A stretch of 26,192 nucleotides of DNA from a virus (IMGVR_UViG_3300044476_000078:1-26192); one strand, 5' to 3'; numbered from the stretch's first letter, positions 16,314-23,809 are shown. Notes: generated by a model not told the origin, from the sequence alone. Made by a program: numbers and translations.

Positions 16314-18490
16314 GCACCCTCCGCTGGCATACCTGAAAAATCAGGCGCTGGTTGTGGAACATCTATGGGAGCAGACTCAGGCGGTGGCTGTTTCGCAACA
16401 GGCTTCGACTTCTTGGGCGATTCAGTCGCAGCCTTCTCGATCTCCATCTCGTCATCAGCCTCGTTTTCAGCCTGAGCCTTGGACTTCTCTTTCTTAAGCT
16501 TGAAGTTTTCCTTCTGCCCCTCTTCAGCCATCTTCGCCATCTGTGCGACCTGCTGCTTGAGCTGGCCGAGCTGCTGTTGCAACTGGGCGATCTGCGACTG
16601 AGCGATCTCCTTGGGATCTGTGATGAACTGATCAGGATCCTTGACGCCATCCTTCTCGAGCCAATCTTTCATTGCGTTGAAACGATCTTCAGAATCAACG
16701 ATGTCAGCCAGCGCCGGATTCAGGATCGTCTGCACACGCATGAACGCTTTCTGCGTTGCCAGATTCTGATTGCTCATCTCGAGCTCGCCATTAGATTTCA
16801 CCTCGGCCGGGAAATTGAAATCTTCACGAGTGATCTCTACGCCATCCATGTACATCGAGTCGCCCATGCGTTCCTTGAGGATATCAAACATCTGCTGATA
16901 CACATTCGACAGCGCTTCATTCCACGACGTTACTTCAAGCGATAGGGGCGCTGAGTTGTTCTGTATGCCGAAATTGATTTCACCCATCGTCTTACCGCCA
17001 CCAGAATTCGTTGCATTGCGGAACAGGTAATCGTTGGATGACTGATACTCTTCAACGTGAGCCTTGACCAGCTGCATGATCGATGCTGAGGCCATGTCAG
17101 GGGCCGCCTGTGACGCAATCGGGGCAATCTCTCCACCCAGCGCCTTAACAGGAAGCTTCATGCCCGGGACAAACCGAATATGGTCATCCAGAAGATCAGA
17201 CGTCGAAAGCACTTCCCACATTGGCGTGTTCGCCATCTCGTCACGAATCAGCATGTTGTTCATGCTGCGTTCCATGATCTCCTGATACGCTCTCACCTGC
17301 TCAGGCAGACCACGTGACGACAGGTAACGCTCATCTTTGATTTCGTTATCGTACTTCGTCCAATTCCAATCTTCGAACTCGTAAGGGAACTCAATGTCAG
17401 CCAGAAGAGATCCCTCTGGGCTCGTGCAGTCAGCCAGACGAGTGAACACCCAGCGCTGAAGCTTGTCAGTGTCATTCTCGCGATAATAGGTGTACGTCTC
17501 ATGAATGCGAAACAGCTCGGCCTGTGACACGTTGTCCGTGACGCCTTCATTGCGCGTCTTCTGCTGCTCGATGATATCGTCATCGTTGACAGTGAGCGAC
17601 ATGGCCTTGAGATCCTTCTTGCGAAATATCTCTTGGTCCATCAGATCTTCAATCTCATTTAAGCTCAGGAAATATTCATACGTGATGCGCTGTGCCTTGC
17701 GGATATCTTTCGTGTACGCCGGCACGATGACCTTCGTCGGAAGTGGAACATCGACATTCGGCCATGACTCGATCTGTTCCATGTCAAATTCAATGACATT
17801 CTTACCACTTCGAAACTGCTTTATGATCCCTCTGATAACTTCGAGATCGTCGTCATCTTCGACGTCAAACGAGAAGCGATCAGCGATAAACTGTTCAAGC
17901 CCTTTGTTCGTCATCTTACGAAGCTCAGCGATAACTGACTCTTCGTAATCCTCGAGGTTAAGAACCTTGTGAACGGATCGTGTTGTAAACTCCTCGCGAG
18001 TGCGGAACAGCGTGTGACCATGCTGCTTTGAATAATCAGCAGCGAGCACAAGCTTCTTGAACCATCCTAAACGCTTAGAGCGCAGGATGACATTCATCGC
18101 AAGCTCAGTCTTCTTTGCCTTCTCATCCCATTCAGGGTTAGGGGCATATCCGGGCGCAACCTTTACGCTACACATCGTCTTGGCAGACCACGCAGATAGG
18201 ACAAGGTTGGGGACTTGCTTTTTTATAAGCTTATCCGTTTCAGGTAGGGGGACATCAGGCGCACCCGGATAGGGGAAATCTGACCAGCGCTTAACACCCA
18301 GACGCTGGTTAATCGCAACGATCATCTTCTGCTTCCAGCCCATGCGATCATCATCGTCTTTCTGAATCTTCTTATTCAGATCGACGAGGAAATCTTTCAT
18401 GCGTTGCGTCAACTCGCCCTTATTCGCAAGATCTTTTACGTTTGGTGAATCAGGCATACTGCCGCTCCATTTGCCAGCCGTATCCGCCAT
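16310..18490 (-). CDS. Portal protein (P22-like, with C-terminal coiled-coil barrel)
   Basis: 726 aa directly after the terminase; RGLPEQVRAYQEIMERSMNNML..MANTP segment; Gln-rich C-terminal coil and Pro/acidic tail. Confidence 0.9.
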   Translation of the reverse strand: MADTAGKWSGSMPDSPNVKDLANKGELTQRMKDFLVDLNKKIQKDDDDRMGWKQKMIVAINQRLGVKRWSDFPYPGAPDVPLPETDKLIKKQVPNLVLSAWSAKTMCSVKVAPGYAPNPEWDEKAKKTELAMNVILRSKRLGWFKKLVLAADYSKQHGHTLFRTREEFTTRSVHKVLNLEDYEESVIAELRKMTNKGLEQFIADRFSFDVEDDDDLEVIRGIIKQFRSGKNVIEFDMEQIESWPNVDVPLPTKVIVPAYTKDIRKAQRITYEYFLSLNEIEDLMDQEIFRKKDLKAMSLTVNDDDIIEQQKTRNEGVTDNVSQAELFRIHETYTYYRENDTDKLQRWVFTRLADCTSPEGSLLADIEFPYEFEDWNWTKYDNEIKDERYLSSRGLPEQVRAYQEIMERSMNNMLIRDEMANTPMWEVLSTSDLLDDHIRFVPGMKLPVKALGGEIAPIASQAAPDMASASIMQLVKAHVEEYQSSNDYLFRNATNSGGGKTMGEINFGIQNNSAPLSLEVTSWNEALSNVYQQMFDILKERMGDSMYMDGVEITREDFNFPAEVKSNGELEMSNQNLATQKAFMRVQTILNPALADIVDSEDRFNAMKDWLEKDGVKDPDQFITDPKEIAQSQIAQLQQQLGQLKQQVAQMAKMAEEGQKENFKLKKEKSKAQAENEADDEMEIEKAATESPKKSKPVAKQPPPESAPIDVPQPAPDFSGMPAEGA

Positions 18491-19835
18491 TTCTCATCGG
18501 CGTTACGACATTGCGTTTAAAATCATTTGCTAGGTCAGGAATAAACTTTAAGACATGCAACCCTTGGATGTACGCATCGGCACGACCCGGTGATTCGCCT
18601 GAAGCCCGTTTCTTGATATCGTCCTTGGGCTCAATCGCGATCTTTCCGTTAGAAGCCATCCTGTACTTTATGTTCGACAATTGATTGATAAGCTTCTGAT
18701 CATGCGCCGGAATCGAAACCTCGGCGTTAGCGAACATCATGCCAGCGTCCCAGATCATCTCTGTGCGTCGATTAACGTAGCGCTTCTCTGCCTCCTCAGT
18801 GCTTGCCTTCGCACCTGAGTTTATCTCAATCACCTTCGCCTTAAGCTCGTTGAGCCTGTCCACGATCCCTGCGCCAATACCAATCACGTCGACAGCTATG
18901 ATCTGGGCGTTGAATTTATTCTTGAGTGCAATTAACTCGCCAGCCGTTTCCATCGTTGACTTCTGACCGTACACGACGCTATGGATGATCTTCGTTCCCT
19001 CCATAACGTAGATGACAGTCTCGTCATCACCAAATCTGGCTGGGTCGCAAGTGACAAGTCGCTTTGTATTATTAGCATGTAATTGTCGGTCGACCGCTTG
19101 GCGAACCCAGCTAGGTTTAATCACAATATCGCCACCAACCATGATGTCCCAGTTGCCTTCGATGTAGGCCGCGAGGAGCTCTGGTCGGTGTTTAAAGGCT
19201 TCCTTGAGATTATCAACGTATCCATAAGACAGGAACGGATTATCCGACGGGAGAGCCTGAACAAATCTGTTTCCCGGCGCAAGATTTAAAATGAAATCAT
19301 CCTTGAGCCAGCACATCGCCGGGTTTGCCGTTAAGAGCACTTTGTACTTCGGCTCTTGACTCATGATCTTCCGACGGAGAGTGCCGCGAAACATGCCGTA
19401 ATCATCACGACTCAGCTCCTCCGCCTGATCTAAGAACCCAAAACAGTACTCAGCTGAATTAAATTTCTTAACGGTGTTGCCATCATCAAATCCGCCGTAC
19501 TGAATTTTAACAGCACCATTGATAATGATTTCTTTATCAGCTTCACGCAAAAGATAATACTCCGCCGGAATAACGGCTTTCCACGTTTCAAGAGTTGTGT
19601 CGCTGAAGTCTACTGATTGTTTTCTGCCCATGAACCCGACGGGGATCGGGAATTTGCGAGGTACGATGTTGAATTGTTTTATGAGACGCAAGCACTGTGA
19701 GAATGCCCAATAGCAACCGAAGACAGTTTTGCCGCCACCTTTTGCGCCTCCGTACAGAAGCGCGATGACGTTATCATCTTCTAGCGCTTCAAACGCTTCC
19801 GTCTGTCTTTTCGACAGCTTTGCCGTCATCGACAT
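18450..19835 (-). CDS. terL: Terminase large subunit
   Basis: Walker A YGGAKGGGKT, Walker B region FLDQAEE, motif TANP, SDNPFL, nuclease CDPARFGDDET, VDVIGIGAG, SPGRADA. Confidence 0.95.
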   Translation of the reverse strand: MSMTAKLSKRQTEAFEALEDDNVIALLYGGAKGGGKTVFGCYWAFSQCLRLIKQFNIVPRKFPIPVGFMGRKQSVDFSDTTLETWKAVIPAEYYLLREADKEIIINGAVKIQYGGFDDGNTVKKFNSAEYCFGFLDQAEELSRDDYGMFRGTLRRKIMSQEPKYKVLLTANPAMCWLKDDFILNLAPGNRFVQALPSDNPFLSYGYVDNLKEAFKHRPELLAAYIEGNWDIMVGGDIVIKPSWVRQAVDRQLHANNTKRLVTCDPARFGDDETVIYVMEGTKIIHSVVYGQKSTMETAGELIALKNKFNAQIIAVDVIGIGAGIVDRLNELKAKVIEINSGAKASTEEAEKRYVNRRTEMIWDAGMMFANAEVSIPAHDQKLINQLSNIKYRMASNGKIAIEPKDDIKKRASGESPGRADAYIQGLHVLKFIPDLANDFKRNVVTPMRNGGYGWQMERQYA

Positions 19836-20241
19836 CTTTAGTTTTCTCGTCGGAGTTTTTAAGAATGTTCATCGTGATTGCAGCGCCACTGACAGCGATC
19901 TCACTCTGATCTTTCCAGCCAAAATTCTTTAATGCAAAAATATCGCCAGAGCGCCCGTGACGACGCAGATCTCGCTCATAAGCGTTTTCGCAAATTGCCC
20001 GGGCATCAGCGACGATCTTGGCGTACTCAGACATGTTCGCATAGTTGCTGAGCAATTGTTTTGATAATCCGCAATGAAGAATCATCCCGGTGACTGTGAT
20101 TTCTTCCTCGGGAGTTATATCGAAATATTCTTGAAGTACGACTTGAAATTCTTCTGGAGTTGTGAAACGTAAAGGACGGCCAACCTTGCGATTGGGTATA
20201 GGTGAAGACGGCTTTTTTATCGGGTCCACAAATTCTGACAC
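19789..20241 (-). CDS. terS: Terminase small subunit (P22 gp3-like DNA packaging protein)
   Basis: GRPLRFTTPEE...EYF...TVTGMILHCG...IFALKNFGWKDQ; GTG start with GGGAGG SD; immediately upstream of terL. Confidence 0.85.
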   Translation of the reverse strand: MSEFVDPIKKPSSPIPNRKVGRPLRFTTPEEFQVVLQEYFDITPEEEITVTGMILHCGLSKQLLSNYANMSEYAKIVADARAICENAYERDLRRHGRSGDIFALKNFGWKDQSEIAVSGAAITMNILKNSDEKTKDVDDGKAVEKTDGSV

Positions 20242-20259
20242 AGATCCTCCCTTAGTCGT

Positions 20260-20287
20260 AGTCTAACTAAAACCCATTTCCTGTCAA
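20260..20287 (-). promoter_or_regulatory. Sigma70-like promoter for the packaging/structural operon
   Basis: TTGACA (20287-20282), 16-nt spacer, TAGACT (20265-20260), just upstream of the terS SD. Confidence 0.6.
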
Positions 20288-20298
20288 TACGTTATCTA

Positions 20299-20379
20299 TT
20301 AAATCTCACTGATGATGTGGTTTATAAGAATCAGGATGGATCCGATGAGAATGATTTTAACAAGAATTTCAAGCAGCAT
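20299..20379 (-). CDS. 26-aa single-TM micropeptide (not in the ORF track)
   Basis: MLLEILVKIILIGSILILINHIISEI; GAGGTG SD overlapping the upstream stop. Confidence 0.5.
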   Translation of the reverse strand: MLLEILVKIILIGSILILINHIISEI

Positions 20380-20382
20380 ATT

Positions 20383-20520
20383 TCACCTCAGGTATAGCAA
20401 ACTGAAATTAAGTGCAGCCGAAAGATAATAGAAAATCGCTTTAGGATGCGATCCGGTAACGTGCTCCGCGATCCCGGCCAGACAGAATAATACGATGATT
20501 GCAATTGCGAATAAATTCAT
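20383..20520 (-). CDS. 45-aa two-TM small membrane protein (not in the ORF track)
   Basis: MNLFAIAIIVLFCLAGIAEHVTGSHPKAIFYYLSAALNFSLLYLR; GGAG SD; ATGA overlap. Confidence 0.6.
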   Translation of the reverse strand: MNLFAIAIIVLFCLAGIAEHVTGSHPKAIFYYLSAALNFSLLYLR

Positions 20521-20678
20521 ATGTGCTCCGTTAGTGGTGTAAGTTTAACCTCGAGTTTATGCAGCGCTACCTTTAGGATCCGTCTGCGCCTCTTCAGATC
20601 CTTTGAATCCTGATCGATCTGGCGCTGGAGTCTCCAGATGAATTCCGTCAGCCCCAGCGGTGTTTCCGGTATTTGCAT
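20517..20678 (-). CDS. 53-aa basic helical protein (not in the ORF track)
   Basis: MQIPETPLGLTEFIWRLQRQIDQDSKDLKRRRRILKVALHKLEVKLTPLTEHI; GGAGGAG SD; TAATG and ATGA coupling at its two ends. Confidence 0.6.
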   Translation of the reverse strand: MQIPETPLGLTEFIWRLQRQIDQDSKDLKRRRRILKVALHKLEVKLTPLTEHI

Positions 20679-20811
20679 TATCTCCTCCCTGTTTTAGGCA
20701 AGTCCTGCCACACGTGGAGCAGCGTTCGGCCTCCCGGATCCCGGTGAGAGAATGCAACCGGATCACCACTAGCGGTCCGTGGCACGTCTTGCACGTCAAT
20801 GATCGTTCCAT
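20557..20811 (-). CDS. Zn-ribbon protein fully overlapped by its neighbours
   Basis: AAGGAGG SD before ATG 20811; MERSLTCKTCHG...ERCSTCGRTC (CxxC...CxxC). Confidence 0.45.
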   Translation of the reverse strand: MERSLTCKTCHGPLVVIRLHSLTGIREAERCSTCGRTCLKQGGDNANTGNTAGADGIHLETPAPDRSGFKGSEEAQTDPKGSAA

Positions 20812-20893
20812 TAAAAGCCTCCTTAATAGCGCATATTTTGACCATATCTTCATCCAAGATACCGAACGTCTGTTGCCATTCCTGTCTGTTCAT
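20678..20893 (-). CDS. Small hypothetical protein
   Basis: Start revised to ATG 20893 with GGAGG SD (MNRQEWQQTFG...), 71 aa. Confidence 0.55.
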   Translation of the reverse strand: MNRQEWQQTFGILDEDMVKICAIKEAFNGTIIDVQDVPRTASGDPVAFSHRDPGGRTLLHVWQDLPKTGRR

Positions 20894-20904
20894 ATTCCTC
20901 CAAT

Positions 20905-21175
20905 GGTGAACGGAAGAACGCAAAAAATAGCATTTTCCCTACTCTTTATTTTCCCTATATCTAACATATAATATATATATCATCTCTTAAATTTTAAAAA
21001 GTATCGTTCACTACGTTCATGTTTCTATAACCATATGTTGCATAACAACTTACAACGAACAGAATTTTTTAAACTCGTTCAAATTGCGTTCATTCAAATC
21101 ACTTTTTTGTTTTGAGTGAACGGAGTGTACGAAACGATTTTAGCCATATTCCGTTCATATTTACGATCCGTTCAA
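20905..21175. other. Putative replication origin (AT-rich core plus iterons)
   Basis: Non-coding gap downstream of the SF3 helicase; CGTTCA at 21005, 21014, 21076, 21087, 21152, 21169 and inverted TGAACG at 20907, 21117; TA-rich tract at about 20955-21000. Confidence 0.7.
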
Positions 21176-22470
21176 TCCTGAAAGTCGAACTGTTGTTCGG
21201 TCATTCTGCGGTTACCTTTAATGTTCACGTAGTACCAGCAGCGGTCACGTGTATCTGAAACTGGAGCCTGTCCATCCTCGACCTTGTTACGAAACTCCAT
21301 TAAAAACCGATTATTGAATTTCCGGTAGGATGGGGCGCGGTGTCCGTTATGCTCAGCCCAGCGTTTGAAGGCATCGTACAGGTCACGCTTGACCGTGTAG
21401 ACACGATCCTTGGTGAACTCAAGGGTATCCTCAGCGAACGCTATGATCGGGTTGTTATCGGCCTTCAGCTCATGAATTGCGGCATTCATGAAGGCATTAG
21501 TCGAGAAGCCTGACTGTTTGACGCGATTGTATCCTTCCATGCACCAGCGGAATATGCCGGCCAGCTCGTTTTCGAGTTTATGCTTAAGATCCACGTCCTT
21601 GGAGTCCTCATCGAATTCCACGTTGAATGGGACCAAGATCATGCGCCGATAGAAGGCGTTGGAGGCGTCATCGATGATCGGAAACTCGTTCAAGCAGTAG
21701 ATCAGCTTACAGGTGACAGCATGCGTTACGGCCGGAAGGTATTTCTCATTGAACAGAACCGGTTCGCCAGAGACGATCTTGCGAAATGATTCCTCGAACT
21801 TCTCAGCGTTACGGGGAAGGTCAGAATCGATGTTAATGTATTTTCCTATGATATTACAACGTATGACAGGATTGGATAGGCCTTCGAGAGATACCGCGCT
21901 GATGTTTTGTCGGCCGAAGACTTTAGCCAGAGTTTCTGAGAAAACTGACTTACCGTTCGATCCTCGTCCTATAAGGAAGAGAGCGCGTTCCAAGTGGCAT
22001 GACTTCATCAGGCAATACCCAGCGAATTCCTGAAGCAGCGACTGCTTAGTTTCGTCGCCTTCCGTTACGTCGGATAGAAACTTGCGCCAGATTGGAGCCT
22101 CGGCATCTGAAGTGTATTCATAAGGCAGCTGGATCGTTGAGAAGCAGTCTGGCGAGTGTGGCATGACGTTTCCTGAGTCGACAGCAACCAGACAGTTTTT
22201 AAAGCAGAAAAACCCGTCTGGGTTTAGCTCGTCCTCGTCGTGAGCCGCAAGGATCTCGATGTTACGTATGACCTGATCACGTTTGGATGGCGTCATCTTC
22301 TTGCCGTCGGGCTCGTCCATGACCATGAAGTGCATGCCGGCATCGCAGCGCGGTGACTTGATCGTCTGGTAGTATCCATCCCGGTAGATGAATATTCTGC
22401 CCATCGCCTGTACCGACAGGAGCGTGTGCTTGAGACGAATAGCGTGGGCTAATTGCAGTGATTTATCCAC
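21172..22470 (-). CDS. D5 / P4-family primase-associated SF3 helicase
   Basis: D5_N-like FCFKNC..HSPD..STIQLPYEY, LLQEFAGY, Walker A GRGSNGKS, motif C YCLNEFP, FYRRMILVPF, C-terminal winged-helix-like region. Confidence 0.92.
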   Translation of the reverse strand: MDKSLQLAHAIRLKHTLLSVQAMGRIFIYRDGYYQTIKSPRCDAGMHFMVMDEPDGKKMTPSKRDQVIRNIEILAAHDEDELNPDGFFCFKNCLVAVDSGNVMPHSPDCFSTIQLPYEYTSDAEAPIWRKFLSDVTEGDETKQSLLQEFAGYCLMKSCHLERALFLIGRGSNGKSVFSETLAKVFGRQNISAVSLEGLSNPVIRCNIIGKYINIDSDLPRNAEKFEESFRKIVSGEPVLFNEKYLPAVTHAVTCKLIYCLNEFPIIDDASNAFYRRMILVPFNVEFDEDSKDVDLKHKLENELAGIFRWCMEGYNRVKQSGFSTNAFMNAAIHELKADNNPIIAFAEDTLEFTKDRVYTVKRDLYDAFKRWAEHNGHRAPSYRKFNNRFLMEFRNKVEDGQAPVSDTRDRCWYYVNIKGNRRMTEQQFDFQD

Positions 22471-22612
22471 GGCGCACCACCTTCGAGATTGGGCGGTATT
22501 CGGTATAGACGCCGTGGATCTTTGAGCACAGATGACACCGCTTGTTTCGATTGGCGCATGCTACTCCGATGCATGCGTTGATACTGTAGTTTCCCCTTGA
22601 TTTGTAACTCAC
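22463..22612 (-). CDS. 49-aa four-Cys small protein
   Basis: GTGA overlap with the upstream stop, GGAGG SD; C-x4-C-x6-C-x2-C. Confidence 0.55.
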   Translation of the reverse strand: MSYKSRGNYSINACIGVACANRNKRCHLCSKIHGVYTEYRPISKVVRRG

Positions 22613-23235
22613 GATAGCGCCTCCACTGCTGTCCTGAAATCGACGTTTCTGGTTTTCATATAGAACTGGATAGAGTCTCCAGATTCGTGACAGGAGAAGC
22701 AATGGTACCGATTCGTTTTCTTGTAGATCGTAAACGACGGAGTTCGCTCAGCGTGGAATGGGCAGCATGCGACGATGGTCGTGGCCGTGTGCTTGGTCCG
22801 GCCGGCCGCAACGTCCGCCAGAAGATCCTCCAATGGCACGGATTTGGCTTTCTCTATATTAAGCGCCTTTTGAACCGGTGCTGGTTTTGCAGGTTGATCA
22901 GAAGATTTGCGCTTCCGCTTGGGGATCAGAGATAGATACTGATCCAGTGCGCGAAGCTCTTCCGTGGCCGGATCCAGTTTTTTCCATGTCTGAATACAGA
23001 CCACAAGGATCCGCTTGGTGTCGTTGTCATGTTCCTTCGATGTGTAGACATCCCCAATTGCCTCATCGTATCGTACCAGCCTAGATAAAAGTTCCCTGCG
23101 CCGCCTTAGAGCCAAGGATCGTTCATCCGGGAACGCTTCAGCCAGCTGAAACGGCGTCAGCGGACTGAAATGATCCGAATACTTGTCTGTGAACTGATCG
23201 GAATAAATCTCTGATTCGAATTGATTTTTGATCAC
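22609..23235 (-). CDS. Protein with C-terminal CHC2 (DnaG-type) zinc finger
   Basis: CPFHAERTPSF...YHCFSCHESGDSIQF...FRTAVEAL. Likely start GTG 23235 (SD GGGGAGGG); a second in-frame start with its own SD lies at ATG 23364. Confidence 0.88.
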   Translation of the reverse strand: MIKNQFESEIYSDQFTDKYSDHFSPLTPFQLAEAFPDERSLALRRRRELLSRLVRYDEAIGDVYTSKEHDNDTKRILVVCIQTWKKLDPATEELRALDQYLSLIPKRKRKSSDQPAKPAPVQKALNIEKAKSVPLEDLLADVAAGRTKHTATTIVACCPFHAERTPSFTIYKKTNRYHCFSCHESGDSIQFYMKTRNVDFRTAVEALS

Positions 23236-23254
23236 CCTGATACCCTCCCCTGAC

Positions 23255-23323
23255 GTTCCTGCGTTCCCGGGTAGTAGGGAGCTACCCGGGAACAAACCCT
23301 TGGGAGAAAAGGGTCGCAGGAAC
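23255..23323 (-). ncRNA. Three-way-junction structured RNA with two CUCCC loops
   Basis: Closing stem 23255-23262/23316-23323 (8 bp); perfect 12-bp hairpin 23263-23274/23282-23293 with minus-strand loop CUCCCUA; 6-bp hairpin 23296-23301/23309-23314 with loop UUCUCCC. Confidence 0.65.
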
Positions 23324-23362
23324 AAAAAAAGCACACGTCCGGCCGTTTGGCCAAACATGTGC
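23324..23362 (-). terminator. Intrinsic terminator/attenuator upstream of the replication genes
   Basis: Minus strand GCACAUGUUUGGCC-AAAC-GGCCGGACGUGUGC-UUUUUUU: 14-bp stem whose three non-Watson-Crick pairs are G-U only on the minus strand, then 7 U. Confidence 0.8.
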
Positions 23363-23363
23363 A

Positions 23364-23387
23364 TTAAATAATTAACCTCCCCACCAT
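23364..23387 (-). CDS. Putative 7-aa leader peptide MVGRLII
   Basis: GGGAGG (23403-23398) 10 nt before ATG; stop TAA overlaps ATG 23364 (TAATG), which is in frame with the CHC2 gene. Confidence 0.45.
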   Translation of the reverse strand: MVGRLII

Positions 23388-23417
23388 GGTACGTCCGCCT
23401 CCCAACGGATAAAGCAC

Positions 23418-23446
23418 ACCTTATAGAGTATGGTGGAAAAAGTCAA
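23418..23446 (-). promoter_or_regulatory. Leftward sigma70-like promoter
   Basis: TTGACT (23446-23441), 17-nt spacer, TAAGGT (23423-23418); overlapping TATAAG also present. Confidence 0.6.
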
Positions 23447-23565
23447 CTAAAAAGTAGAAATCTGCCGGACCATATTTCGATCCATGAACGTACATTTCGT
23501 GGAATTAATTAGAAATTATTTTTGAAAAAAGATTTTCTCCGACGACAAATCATTTTAATCAGCAC

Positions 23566-23593
23566 TTGACATACGTACGTACAGTGGTATCAT
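23566..23593 (+). promoter_or_regulatory. Rightward early sigma70-like promoter
   Basis: TTGACA (23566-23571), 16-nt spacer, TATCAT (23588-23593) with TG extended -10; AT-rich upstream region; palindrome TACGTACGTA in the spacer. Confidence 0.75.
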
Positions 23594-23599
23594 TAGAGC

Positions 23600-23809
23600 G
23601 TGGTTAGAGAGAAAGATCTTTGAGAGGGATGAGCCGAGGAAGCAGGGATCGCAAGCGAGCTTCCAAAACCTGAAGGAAGACCGGAACACAGCCCGGCAGG
23701 TCGAGAGAGGTGATGAGATTCCCGGTGGTAACCGGGAATTTAAACCCCGGATCGAGCGATTACGATGATCGCGGTCCACGGTTCAAAGGCCGATAACTGG
23801 GAGGTTACT
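23600..23809 (+). ncRNA. Long structured 5' leader of the early operon
   Basis: About 210 nt without a credible ORF; consecutive stems at 23638-23664, 23668-23701, 23717-23740, 23749-23777, 23779-23792. Confidence 0.5.

Noticed and set aside
20905-21175. CRISPR array
   Set aside because: Repeats are 6 bp, irregularly spaced and in both orientations.
1724-23084. Numerous plus-strand ORFs in the track opposite the leftward operons
   Set aside because: They are antisense shadows of well-supported minus-strand genes with no recognisable motifs.
23255-23323. tRNA gene
   Set aside because: Only two internal arms, no T-loop GTTC-R-A in the right context, and no anticodon arm geometry.
23710-23745. 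Hammerhead ribozyme (UGAUGA, stem, AAAC)
   Set aside because: The core reads GUGAUGA...UAAA rather than CUGAUGA...GAAA, and I could not build stems I and III.
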